A DNA stretch of 62,250 bases, filler included, from Circinaria calcarea (lineage: Eukaryota), in the NCBI GenBank assembly GCA_051942165.1. It is 8 parts of 8 records of this genome, joined end to end, with 100 filler letters (N's around TTAATTAATTAA, not from the genome) between each part and the next. Parts side by side here need not be neighbours in the genome. Positions count along the whole stretch, not along the records: positions 23,407 to 31,102 come from JAVECS010001268.1; positions 31,203 to 38,894 come from JAVECS010001269.1; positions 38,995 to 46,686 come from JAVECS010001270.1; 5 more parts are not named here. One strand, written 5' to 3'. The stretch's first letter is position 1. Each line of letters opens with the position of its first letter. Below the pieces are notes generated by a model, which saw only the letters and a program-made list of their open reading frames with translations, did no database searches and was not told where the DNA came from. The position numbers were made by a program, and so were the translations under genes. This document shows, in pieces, positions 30,410-43,229 of the stretch.

Positions 30410-30707
30410 TGCTACCCTTGCGGATGAGAAGGGGAATGAAGGAAATCTGATTCTTGTACGTGCTTTGGGTGTCAATAGGGGGGAAGGGGTGCATGTTAAT
30501 GCAAATGGGAGTGGGGATACCCATGTTGCATGTATATTCTTGCATGATAATGGCGCTTTCTTCCATCCTGCTTTTTTCAATCGCTTTCGCTTCCGCTGTT
30601 TCGAAAATGGCTACTGTGACTTGAACCATATTCGCTCTGCAGAATTCTCGTGGGGAGGGGGGGGGATTTATATCACTGAGCTTTCCATGTTCTTCCTTGT
30701 TCTTCCT

Positions 30708-30730
30708 TGTGTGTGTCTGTGTGTGTGTGT
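30708..30730. repeat. (GT)n microsatellite
   Basis: tgtgtgtgtctgtgtgtgtgtgt downstream of SEC3. Confidence 0.8.
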
Positions 30731-31102
30731 ATGAAATTCTCTCCAGAATCCAAACAAACCGGGTCTCCTCCCCTTGAACCCATCCCCCTCCCCCTAAAAA
30801 AAACCTCTAAATTCTCGTCCCTATCCGAACTTCTTTCCCACATTACACTAACTTCCACGCAGTTCTATACCCACTCACGCGCATTGAGATGGGTAAGGGG
30901 AAGATAATTAATAATACTAATACTTGTTTCATTCTACATTTACATCTTACATCTAGGAGTCACTCACGACTGCGGGGATAAGGGATAGGGGTAGATTATT
31001 CCCAAGCGCGGTTGTCGTTGTGGCTTTTGTTTTTGGTTCTCTTTTTCTTACGAGTCACTTCTAAACTGGAAGGAGGGTGGGACGGTTTCGATGTTTCGGT
31101 GT

Positions 31103-31202
31103 NNNNNNNNNNNNNNNNNNNNNNNNNNNNNNNNNNNNNNNNNNNNTTAATTAATTAANNNNNNNNNNNNNNNNNNNNNNNNNNNNNNNNNNNNNNNNNN
31201 NN
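31103..31202. other. artificial contig-joining spacer
   Basis: N44-TTAATTAATTAA-N44. Confidence 0.99.
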
Positions 31203-32276
31203 CCCCCCCCTCTTCTAGCAGCGTTCACCGATGGAGTGCATAATCTCAGCTACTGCAGGAGCACTGACTTGCCCCATCCTCGCAGCTGCAACAACTGATC
31301 GCGCTTCTGCGACTGCAGGCCGCACAGGGCCTTGGATAAACTCTCGTTATGTCGCAGTAGTAGTACTAGTATTCCGTGGAATCTTTATGCCTACCTAATC
31401 TTACATCCGGGCCGCAGCAGACACCGGCGTCTTCCCAGTTTCTACTTACCCGGTGGAATATCGATACTATCACGTTGGGGACCGTCACCCTGGTACGGGA
31501 GGCCACCCACCACCCACCACCCCTTTGAGCCTATTTCCTCCCGCGACTGTCTATCGTTGCCAATCGTTCGATATCAATGCAGATCCAACCCTATCCTTGT
31601 AGCTGCCAGCCCCACGAACCCGTGTTAAAAATAAACTTCCTCCTTTGGATCCTGTGTGCCGGAGTTTGTGCCTGACAGCTAAGGATCGACCGAAAGCTAC
31701 GGCAGAACGCAAGTCCCGTCCTACGTACAGTGGATTCATTTAGGAAGGAGTACAGGCGGTGGCAGGGCATGGCGACCGGATTCGCGGACCTACAAGGCAT
31801 CCATTTCATCTACTTGCCCCACTCGGATTAGGACTAGACCACCAGTATTCCATTCCGCTGGCCAACCCTCTCATCAAGCAAGCTGCAGTCAGTCTGCAGT
31901 GGGAGATTCGACTGCAGAGCTCTAACGAACTAGTGACGATTCTAGTGGCCCAGCTCCCAACCACGGAGGAGCTTGACGATCCGCACCTCAATTTACCATA
32001 CCGGTTGCCTCTACCCAACGACTAGAGATTACATAGATTAATCATCGGGATCGTCGACAAGGGATTGGGGCCCCTCAGTCGATGGTCGATAATATCACCG
32101 GAACCCACCTGCTCCTGCTCTTCTCTTGTGCCCGCTATCGTCATTATATTCTCAACGCATCCCGAGCCCTTCTACTATAGGAGTTAGAATAGAATAGTTG
32201 CTCATCGACTTTACTCCATCGATGCCTGGGCGCTATAGTTTGGCATTGTAATAGTCCGGTTCAAACCCTCGGAGCG

Positions 32277-34802
32277 ATGACGGCGTATTTCCAGCCAGAA
32301 TTATCCATACTGAGAGAGGATGGTGATCACCAAGCCCAGATGTATCAGCAAACCAATCTCCTGGCCGAGACTCAAAAGGCACCGTCCACGAACCTCACCC
32401 GCTGGTTTGACCTTGACAGCGACGCCTCGGCCCCAAACCCAAATGGGACTGTGCGAGTACGGCGTCGTCCTCCGCCCGGGAGCGATCAAGTGAAGCATCG
32501 GCGGACGAGGAGTGGCTGCTATACCTGCCGTAGCAGGCGGGTCAAGGTGGGAGATTTGTAGTAAAGTGGCTGCAGACTTTCTCCGCTGATATGTCACCTA
32601 CACAGTGCGACGAACAGCAACCCATTTGTGAGAGTCTGTTCTCCTAATCTTTGGCGTCGCGGCCCCAGAGTGCTAATGGAGCTCGAGGGCAGGATGCAAG
32701 AAAGGATCACGAGAATGCGTTTACCCCGAACCACCGTCTAGCACAAAATCGAGCGGTAGTTCTCAAGCAAGTCAGCATCGGAAACCTGAACACGAAAGCG
32801 AATCGTCGTCGGGAGAGTATGAGGATGACGAGCTGGATACTCCCTCAATCGACTTGACAAGTGCATCCCGAAATCCAAAGGGACCGAGCTCCCGTACGTC
32901 TCCTTCTAATCTACGATCAGCCACACACAAGCAGAGCCGACAAGCACTACGCCAGGCACGAGTGGCGGCGGTCAACACAGGCCAGGACAAAGAGAAGAGC
33001 GTTTCACCTTCCACGGATGAATCCAGTGGCCTTTCCAAATCTCGTTCAACCTCTTCCACGTTTGCTCACTCCGAGGCTCTGTCAACTCTCTCGGCAAACA
33101 CATCCCTAGACATAGCACCGTGGTCCCATCTACCAAATGATTTGCAATACTATCTTGGTTATCACCAAAACCACCTCAATTATCACCATTATCTTTTCAA
33201 GCATGATGCCGCTCAATTTGTCCACGAGATACTGCTCGATGCCGCTCTCACATATGAACCTTTGCTTTACGCCGTGGTTGGATTTGCCGCTTTTCAGTCC
33301 ACAGTCCAGAAACACAATGGAAAGATCCAAGACTTCCTGGGCTACTACAACAAATCGGTATCACTGTTACTAAAGTCATTGCAGTCCGGTGAAAAGCATA
33401 CTGACGCTACAATGTTAACTATCCTGCAATTGGCAGCTTTTGAGGTTCGTCGCTGGCAACTCTGGGAACTTCAGCAGCCAACGCTAACAGGATCAGGAAC
33501 ACCTCGGAGACTGGGCGAACCTGCTTAGCCATCAGAAGGCCGCTTTTGAAATGCTAGTGGAACTATACAACCCGCAAACCGTTATGCAAACCGAAACTAG
33601 TAGGAAGATGTTAGCTTGGTATTCCCGTTTCGATCTTTGGGCGAGCGTGATGGCTGGTTCCGAAATCACGCTCAGTCGCGAGTGGTTTTGTGCCTCGGTG
33701 GAATATTACAAGCAGATGTCGATTCTTCATCCCACCAGCCTGAGCATCAAGATCGAGGGATACTTAGCCTCACACCGTCTTTTGGCATTGGACATGGCTT
33801 TCTTATCTGCCAAATTACCCAGGGGAACCATTTCCGTCGAGGATTTTACCAGGGAGAACCAAGTTATAGCCGAGAAAATCAAGGATTGGAGGATTGGGTT
33901 GGACGAGCTAGTTGCTGATCAAGAACACCTAATCGTATCTCATGAAGGGGCACCCCAGCGTGATCCCGAAGACATTGTTGATCCGTATCGGCCCGGTGGC
34001 CTGTATCGAGGGCCGTTATGGACTTGGAACTATTTGATGTTGGATTGGTATGGCTTCAAGATTATGCACGCCTTCCAGGTGGCCTTGATGCTACAGCGGT
34101 CACCACCTCCGGACTTGGGACAATACGCTTTGGAGCTGTGTAGGATTTTTGAAGCTATCGAATACTGGCAAGCGAGTCCGCCAGGAGCCATACTACCAGC
34201 CCAAGTCAGTTTAGCAATAGCTGCTCTATTCTTGCCGAAAGATGTTAGACACATTAAGTGGATCCGGCGGAAGCTTGCATCAATCGAAAGCATGGGGTAA
34301 GCCGCAACTAGGTTTAGAGCCCAGGGAATTAGTGACTGACATAAACGTGCCTAGCTACATCTTCCCACCCACGCACCGCACGAAAGTGGCCGAGATATGG
34401 AATATTCCCGAGTTACATCACTGGTGGCTTCCCAACGATGAGGGTTATCCGCCCATCATTCGGAGTATCCGTTCGTTCGTTGAAGAACGGACATTGAAGC
34501 CGACTAACCAGGCCAACGAAGACGTGCGAACTATGAAAGGTATATTCTCAAAGATGAGCATTTTTGACGAAAGCCCCAAGGAGAGTCCGAGCAACAGCCC
34601 CAAATGTGGCGGTGGCGGACCCGAAGCAGAGGTCCGGCATGGTCGCACAAGCACCGACCCCAGTTATGGGCAGTTGATCCAGCCACAACAGGGGCCGGAT
34701 CTGAACGCGATGTTTGACGAGTCGGCCCTGAGGCACGCGACCGAATGGCATGTAGAAAATATAGCAATCGGTCAAGAAATATATCCGCAACGACAATTGT
34801 GA
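32277..34802 (+). CDS. Zn(II)2Cys6 transcription factor with Fungal_trans_2-type domain
   Basis: Spliced binuclear cluster RTRSGCYTCRSRRVK|CDEQQPICE|RCKKGSRECVYP; then YEPLLYAVVGFAAF, TILQLAAFE|EHLGDW, WYSRFD; four introns. Confidence 0.92.
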
Positions 34803-35520
34803 TATAAATGTATAAATGGCGGGCTTTCTCGGAGTTTGGTGGGCCAGGTACCCATAGGCAATGGGGACTTTCGGGGTGGACCGGTTGGTAAAGTTCTGGG
34901 GTGTACAAATAAGAAAGCTAAAAAGGTGACGGGATTGTTGTTTTCTTGCACTGGTACCTTCTCGATATGGATGAAAGGCATCGAATTTGAGTGGACTTGG
35001 GGGACACATGGGCCACGAGGGACCCATTTGAGGTTAAAAGAATTCACTCTGGGTTTTGGAGTCAATACAAGGGGCACATACAAAAGCAGGACGAGGGGAA
35101 TAAATGGAACGGTGGGATGTCTACGAGATTGGATAGTTGGCAAACGGTGCAGCGCACGTAGGGTTATTGGAGTACAGGATACTTTCAAATTCTTCTCTTG
35201 TGTAAAGATCTTAGTCTGGCTTGAGTTGGAAATTGCCGAGGGGGGAGATTGTAAGAGTGCAGAGCAGAAGGGCCTAGAAAGTACCGGCGCTACCGTATAC
35301 TATGCCGAATGAAGCGGCAGATAGAATCCGGTGAAAACAGCCGAGGATCCTCACTAAATGAACAAGTGACAAACTTTATCTTAGACTGAACTCAAAAGCT
35401 TAGCGCCGTGGGAGGACGGAGGAATCTCCGGCTCTGTTCGCGACGGGGCAAGAGTTAGAGCACGAGACTTCATCCGGCCATTCTCTGTGAGGCCGGCTTA
35501 GAACTCCTACTTGAGTTGAC

Positions 35521-38500
35521 ATGGTAAAGTCACAGGCTGCTACAGTCCCAAATCCAGTCACACGCAAGAGAAAGCGGAAAGCCCCGCCAGAAGAAGCCGA
35601 GGAATCACCTCAACTACAGCATCAGGCCGGCGGCGCATCCCTTTCGACCACCACTATCATCCCTACAAAGACATACGATGGAGGCAAGAAGCCACGTCGA
35701 ACAATCGGCGGCAAGAGTGGGACTCCTAAGCCTCCTTTACTGCGACGAGATTCTTCGACCATTGTCGAAACCACTGTCCAGTGGCCCTCCCATTTTACCA
35801 AGCTCGCTCAGACCCATCGAGCGTTGAATCTTGTATACACGTTTTGCTGTACGAGAAAACATTTGGCCACCACCTTTGAGACGATCAAGAAAGCAGTCGA
35901 GGGGCATATCAAACGAGAATTGCTGGTAGAGGATGTGGCACAAATCAAAGCCCTCGTGCCTAGGGCCATCAACTTCGCCTATGTGGACGAGGCGACGCTG
36001 CAGGTTTCGGTGATGGGAGAGGAAGGTGGGATGAAAGGCGGAAAGGCAGAGGACTTTCGGTCGTTGGAGCCGTCGGGCGCGGACAACACGAAGGAACGAG
36101 AGAAGAAAGACAAGGAACTACTGCTATTCGAATTCATTGACGGTGACCTGAAGCGTCAGGTTGTGAGCCCCAAGACGGGAGAGCCTACAAAAGCGTTTCG
36201 TAAGCTGAGAGAAGAAGAACTCAAAATGCCCGTCTTTAGTCAGAATCAGATGATGAAGCTGATTGAGAAGAGAAATATCAAGTTTACCTCTGCCGTGAAT
36301 GCCTTCCTGAACCAATGTGCTGCTGACGGTACTGATGCCGTGGAGGCGATATGTAACCATGAGAAACCGTTCGTGCCGGTTCCTTCTGATAGCAGAGGAA
36401 CTTCTCCGGCGCCGCAATCGAGAGCCCAACCGCCACCGACGATACCCAAGGAACGCAAAAGCATCGCAGACATTATCGCGGAGATCAAGCTCATGGAATG
36501 GTATACTGGGCAGATTGTACCTGACGGCCACCGCGTCTTCGATCCTCAAACAGCCATCTATGGTGATCTCAACTTCCAGCTGTCACAAAACCTCGTGAAT
36601 GCGCTGTACAACACCAAAGGGATCACGCAAATGTATTCGCATCAAGCAGAGGCCATCAACAACCTTTATGAGGGGTACAATGTCATTGTTGCAACCTCGA
36701 CCAGTTCAGGAAAGTCGCTCATTTACCAAGTGCCCATGCTTCATGAGTTAGAGCTCGATCCGAACAGTAGAGGGATGTACATATTTCCTACCAAAGCCCT
36801 CGCTCAGGATCAGAGACGCAGTATGAAGGAATTGATGCGCTATATGCCGGGGCTCGAAAATACGATTGTCGAGACCTTTGACGGCGATACCGCTATGCCA
36901 GATCGGAATCTAATTCGGGACGAAGGCAGGATTATCTTCACTAACCCAGACATGCTACATATTACCATTCTACCACAGGAGGACAAATGGAGGTCCTTTT
37001 TGCAAAATCTCAAATTCGTGGTGGTTGACGAGCTCCACGTCTACAACGGACTATTTGGTTCCCATGTCGCTTTTATCATGAGAAGGCTAAGGAGGATATG
37101 TGCGGCGGTGGGAAACCGTCACGTCAAGTTTGTCTCATGCTCTGCGACTGTTGCCAATCCAGAAGAGCATATGAAGACCATATTCGGGGTGGACAAAATC
37201 AAATTAACGGATTTTGATGGATCACCTTCGGGGAGAAAGGAGTTCCTTTGCTGGAACACGCCATTTAAAGACCCCAAGGACCCTTCATCCGGTCGAGGCG
37301 ATACGATGGCTGAAACTGCCCGTCTCTTCTGCCAACTCATCCTCCGTGGGGTCCGAGTCATTGCTTTCTGCCGGGTCCGAAAACAGTGTGAAGTCCTCAT
37401 CACTGCCGTACGTAAAGAAGCCGGATACCTCGAACGCCACGATTTAGCTGCGCGGGTAATGGGATATCGAGGTGGTTATGCAGCCCAAGATCGACGCAGA
37501 ATCGAAAAGGAGATGTTTGAAGGGAAATTACTTGGGATCATCGCAACTACTGCCCTTGAGCTGGGGGTTGATATCGGCTCCCTCGACGCCGTGATTACCG
37601 TCGGTTTCCCGTACACTATCGCCAACCTTCGCCAGCAGTCCGGTCGGGCGGGTCGTAGGAACAAGGACTCCCTTTCCGTCCTCGTGGGGGACTGCTTCGC
37701 TACAGACCAGTATTACATGGACCATCCAGACGAGATCTTCACGAAACCAAATTGCGAACTTCAAGTCGACCTTTCCAACCCCCTTGTCCTGGAAGGTCAT
37801 ATCCAATGTGCTGCTTTTGAAATGCCCATCCACCCTTCCAACGATATCCCATATTTTGGTCCTCAACTGCCTTCTATCGCTACAACCCGAATGGTAGCCG
37901 ATCCCCAAGGCTTTTATCACTGCAACGCTCGCTTCCGACCCTACCCCAGTAAATGCGTGGCCATTCGCGACACGGAAGAAGGCGCCTTTGCCGTCGTCGA
38001 TATCACAAACGGGCGCAATATCGTCCTCGAAGAAGTCGAGCCCTCTCGAGCTTTCTATACCATTTACGAAGGCGGCATCTTCCTCCACCAAGGCTACACC
38101 TATCTCGTCAAGGAATTCTCCCCCGAAGCCAAAATCGCCAAAGTCCAGCTCGTCAAGGTCGACTGGACCACCCAACAGCGCGACTTCACCGACGTCGACC
38201 CCATCGAAACCGAACTCATCCGCCGCCTGCCCAGTCCCTCCATGTCGCGTGCCTTCTTCGGCGCCATCCAGATCCGCGCCACCGTCTTCGGCTTCTTCAA
38301 AGTCGACAAGAACCGGCGCATCCTCGATGCCGTCCAAGTCGACAACCCGCCCATCGAGATCCTCTCCAAGGGCCTTTGGCTCGACGTCCCAAAATCCGCC
38401 CTCCTCATCCTCACCGGCCGCCGGCTCAACGTTGCGGCCGCCATCCACGCCGCCGAACATGCCGTCCTTAGCCTCATGCCCAACTTCGTCATCTCCATGC

Positions 38501-38894
38501 CCGGCGACGTGCGTACCGAGTGCAAAAACGCCACCAAGGAACTCGCGCAGCGCCAAACCCAGCGCAAGCGGCCCGCCCGCCTCACCTTTTACGACGCCAA
38601 GGGCGGCGCCGGTGGCTCCGGCATCGCAGCCAAGGCCTTTGAGTTTGTCGACCTGCTCCTGCCGCAGGCGCTCGAGCGCGTGCACGCGTGCCACTGCCTC
38701 GACGGCTGCATCGAATGCGTCTGCAGCGAGGCCTGCAAGGAGCAGAATGTCGTCACGAGTAAGGCAGGCAGCGAGGTCATCCTCAAGTGTTTACTCGGCC
38801 GGGAGACGGAGATTGATCTGGAGGCGTTGCCGTGGGGCGAGGAAGAGAAGGTCCCTGCGGGGGTGGAGACGGTGGTGGAAGCGGAGGAGGTGAG
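35521..38894 (+). CDS. HRQ1: Hrq1 (RecQ4-like/MrfA) DEAH helicase with C-terminal DUF1998 Zn-binding domain (3'-truncated)
   Basis: Intronless; YSHQAEA, TSTSSGKS (Walker A), FPTKALAQDQ, TNPDMLH, VVDELH, SAT, TTALELGVDIG, QQSGRAGRR, HAAEHA, YDAKGGAGGSG, CHCLDGCIEC. Confidence 0.95.
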
Positions 38895-38994
38895 NNNNNN
38901 NNNNNNNNNNNNNNNNNNNNNNNNNNNNNNNNNNNNNNTTAATTAATTAANNNNNNNNNNNNNNNNNNNNNNNNNNNNNNNNNNNNNNNNNNNN
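38895..38994. other. artificial contig-joining spacer
   Basis: N44-TTAATTAATTAA-N44. Confidence 0.99.
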
Positions 38995-38996
38995 GA

Positions 38997-39206
38997 ACTG
39001 TATTGGGTTCAACCGAGAGCCTAAGATACCCTCATGATATTTTCACAGACGGACGAGCTCAGATTCTTCCGCCGCTAGACGATAATATCTTGGAGGTTGC
39101 TATTGGGCTCAGCCGGGCGCATATGAAATGGTTGAAAGAAGATGAGCTGTTTGCACAGTATGCAAAATTTCAGGGAGGATCGGATGCGATCTCTTCAAGC
39201 CGGTAA
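38997..39206 (+). CDS. coding fragment at contig start, unknown
   Basis: Frame open from contig start (YPHDIFTDGRAQILPPLDDNILEVAIGLSRAHMKWLKEDELF), ending at a GTAAGT donor or stop. Confidence 0.3.
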   Translation, partial: TVLGSTESLRYPHDIFTDGRAQILPPLDDNILEVAIGLSRAHMKWLKEDELFAQYAKFQGGSDAISSSR

Positions 39207-39339
39207 GTCTCTTGTTACTTTCCAGGGTGGATTTTTCAAAGAAGAATGACCATCGAATGACGTATGCTCGGGCAATTAATGTAGTAGCAAAGCCACACGC
39301 GTCTACGATCGTTTACTAATCGATTGCAGCTCCTCACAG

Positions 39340-40159
39340 GTACCATTGCCCTTTGCCCCAACACTTACCACCCGCTTGTACACCCCTGATTCCCTTCGCG
39401 CAAGTCCAATTCTCCCTGATTTAACCTCAATGATCAATGACGCATTCGCCCAAACCCACCTCGCCATTATCCCGGCCGGCGGGCCCTTGCGCTTCTCCAC
39501 CCCTACCCACCTTGTCGACAGTCTCCAGGGAACAGGCTTTCTCTTCGTCACCTCCGACGCCGCAAACAACGACCTCATCATCGCAGTAGCCGAGGCAAAA
39601 CCGTGGAGAGGAAGCACGGCGGACGGTGCAAGAGGAAAGGTAACGCAAAATGGTACTGTGCCAAACGGGGAGAAGCTAGTCTCATCTGAAGGTAAGCCTA
39701 ACTACTGATTAGAGTTACCAATTTTTCCTCCCCAAGACTGAAATCAGAGCAACAGCAGCTGCATGGGAGATCACCGCCGTTGCCGTCCGCCAGGAAGCCC
39801 CGTACCAGAGCCGTGGTCTCGCGCGCGCCCTGCTCTCCCTTATCGACGCCGAAATCATCCGCCGCGTTAGCAGCAAGACTGACCGTACCAGCTGCGTCAA
39901 CTCCCTTCACTCTCCTCTCCCGCATTCCCATTCCCATTCCCTTGCTGCAGACGGTCCGCTGCAGAGAATCAGACTGGTCATCCGCACCCTCCAGGCTGTC
40001 AATGGCGCGTACTGGGTCCGGCAAGGGTATATACCCGTTTCCGAGGGGAGGGTAACGAGGGGGTTGTTTGGGAATACGGAAGAGGTGGTGAGTGTGACGA
40101 TGGAGCGGTGGATTGAAGGGGAAGGAGGCGAAGGCGAAAGGAACCGGGCAAGGCTTTGA
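39340..40159 (+). CDS. fungal GNAT-family acetyltransferase-like protein (start not resolved)
   Basis: LTSMINDAF...LRF; intron from 39692; WEITAVAVRQEAPYQSRGLARALL (acetyl-CoA motif A), VNGAYWVRQGY (motif B); TGA at 40157-40159. Confidence 0.7.
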
Positions 40160-42199
40160 GGAAAGGAGGTTTGAAATTTCTCATTAGTAAGCTGCCTCCC
40201 ATGGGTACTGTATGGATTTGAGGACATATTATAGCTATTATTGCATATTACGGACATGGAATGAAAAAAGGGGGTTGAAGCCATGATGTTGGACGAAACC
40301 CTGGTTTATTTAAGTAGTTTGTTTAATTTTGCCGATTTTCCATGTGCTGCTATCATTACTTATCTTTCCATATATACTGCCCCGATCCCTTTAGGAACAG
40401 ATAGATTCTATATGGCAAACCATCTGCTTATACCTATATATTATACCTCATTTAATAGTGGAGAGGGGCTAGAGGTTGGAAACAGGGGTCACAGGGGAAA
40501 AAATAGGCAATACTATTAACCCGGAACTTCTCTTTTTTTTGGGTTGGCTCGGCAGGAAAGTTTTTCATTCGGAGTAAATCGCCCATACCTTTTCCTTACC
40601 TTGGAAAGTTGCCTCCTTCCCTGCTTCCGCTCTCTACCCTCATACCACCACTCCCATCACTTCCCACAAGCACCCACACCACTAGGTACCCCATACAACG
40701 TATCTTACGAAAAACCCCCCTCAGATATAGATCCTAGATCCTAGAAACGACAGCCTAGGCGGCCTGTGTACCCGGGACAAGAACAGCTATTAGGAAATTT
40801 TTCATGACCTAGCCGGAATAAAGAGCTAGAGCAAAGAGCTAGAGAGCAAGGGCCAGGAGGGCAAATAGGCAACCCGCAGCCTCTCTCTCTTCTTTCCTTT
40901 TCTCTCTGCCCAGGGGAAGGGGAGGAGGGGGGTTTGGGCTTTGGAAAACGAGAATGTCCTCGTGTTATGGCGTGCGTGCCATACTAAGGAAAGACTAGCT
41001 CCGGAACGGAGGAACCCCTGGGACCGGCTAGGTGAGCAACGTGAGCAACGTATTGTATATAGCAGGCTATTCCGCTCTTTAGAATAGCATGCTTATAGAA
41101 CCATAACGAGTTCAATATACTCCCTTTTATATTGAGCCTAGGGCAACAGTTCAACTACACCCTATGTAATCGTGCTATCACCGATCGGGACATACCATAT
41201 TCCTCATTGTGCCCCAAGGATTGCCGCGCCCTTACACGTTACACTGAGGGCGGAAGGCATGGAAGGCACGAGAGGCATGGATTTTGGCTATAAGACACGG
41301 GGCGCGCACTATGATAGAGGGCTATGGTTCAGTTTCGTGGCAATAGCGGAAGGCATTCAGTTATTCGTGCGGAATACGCCATATTAGGCCTGGCCATGCC
41401 CCTGTATTATACCTCCGTAACCCTATACTAAACCCCAGATTATGAGGTCGGGGCCGGAGCTCACAATAATGCCGTCAGCGCTAATGCATTTTATCAGCGA
41501 AATATAGGAAAAGATAAACAACGAGAATCTGGTCAGATAATTATGAAGCTCCGCGGGCATTCGTTGCTCAGCAGGAATACCTAATCCTTGTCGGACGTGT
41601 ATTAAGCTTTCAATATCCCTGTCCCTCATGTACTACCCAGTATGTATAAATGCATGTGTGGAAGGGGTGTAAGCTAACCTTGCAGGAAGGGTAGCTGCGC
41701 TCCTCTGCGCTTGCGTGTCTTTCTGAGAAGGCAGGTTGTTCATTACGCAGCCTATAATCGAGACATTAAAAGAAATTATACCGCATAAATGAAGCCGCTG
41801 CCTCTGCCCTAAATGGAGTCGTAGGCTAAATGGTTCAGATCCACGGTTATGTGGGAACATTTTATAGACGCCTAACCCTGCGCTTACGGAGACCGATCGG
41901 CAGCTCAGCTGACGCGTTATTGCCTAGACCCATCAGGTGCCTAAGAAAGGTGTTGTTTGTTTTACAAAATCGAGGCGGAGACCGGCGCGGATAAATATCG
42001 CCCCGCGAGCACAGTATAACTCTCCACTTGTATCACGATATTCAGCTTCCCGTAATGATAGTCTTTGATCATCTCACAGCTACTGTCGGGCGCCCTGTTT
42101 TGTGATAACTCTAAGAATCAGATCCTGCAATCTCTACACCATCTCCTTCCTGCTAACATTTCTGACTTTTCGACGTTCTCCATCTATTGATTCCCCAAA

Positions 42200-42984
42200 A
42201 TGGAAAAGAAGACATGGGTAATGCTTGGTAAGGGACCTAAGCCCTTATGGACCCCTTGTTTTTGAGTAGAAACTCATCGCAAATGGCAGAGAACAACCCC
42301 GATGTAATGAACCAATTGGCAACGAAGTTGGGTCTATCGTCCGAGCTCCAATTCTACGACGTCTATTCCCTGGATGAACCCGAACAACTCGCACATATCC
42401 CTCGACCTGCCCTGGCTCTGCTGGTCATCATTCCACTTACACCAGCTTGGGATCGAAGTCGCGAGGCCGAAGACGCTGACCAAGAACCCTACACTGGCTC
42501 CGGCCCTGACGAGCCGGTTATCTGGTTCAAGCAGACCATCGGCCACGCCTGCGGCTCGATCGGTCTACTTCATAGCTTGATCAACGGTCCGGCCGTCGAC
42601 TTTATCAAGCGTGATTCCGATCTCGCGGCGATACGAAGCCTCGCCATACCGCTGGATATGACTAAACGCGCCGAAATGCTGTACAATAGCGAGCCATTCG
42701 AACTTGCTCACAAGTCGGTCGAGCAGGCTGGCGACAGCTATGCGGATCCGACGAGTGAGCGTAATGGTGGGCATTTTGTGAGTTTTGTCAAGAGCGGTGG
42801 GAAGCTCTGGGAGCTTGAAGGGTCGAGGAAGGGTCCTCTGGAGAGAGGAAGTCTTACTGACGACGAGGACGTTCTCAGTCCGCGAGCGCTTGACATGGGC
42901 ATCAAGAGGATCATCAAGTTGAACGCGGATGGAGGAGGAGAGAGCCTTCGTTTTAGCTGCATTGCTTTGGCTCGCAGGCCTTAG
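42200..42984 (+). CDS. ubiquitin C-terminal hydrolase, peptidase C12 (UCH-L3/Yuh1-like paralog)
   Basis: MEKKTWVML|ENNPDVMN (intron 42228-42289); FYDVYSLD, KQTIGHACGSIGLLH (Cys), HFVSFV (His), LWELEGSRKGP, FSCIAL. Confidence 0.93.
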
Positions 42985-43229
42985 GCTCTGACTGGGAATC
43001 GGCACACACGCATTACGGATATACTATGCTGTATTCGGAGCATCTAATGAGATTCGAGAAGACATTGTCTTGCTACCCAGATCTACACGAGACCAGAACG
43101 GACACTCGAATCTCTCTACGTTATAGCGCGAGAGAAACGGGCTGCACTAACATGGCTGTAAGATTCCCAGGGAGGAATATCGAACCTTTGCAGTTGCGCA
43201 GAATAGGCAGACGTGTTATGCAGAAGTTC

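Noticed and set aside
37528..38893. Long overlapping ORFs (388 aa minus, 301 aa plus) inside HRQ1
   Set aside because: By-products of extreme C/G third-position bias, which removes stops in alternative frames.
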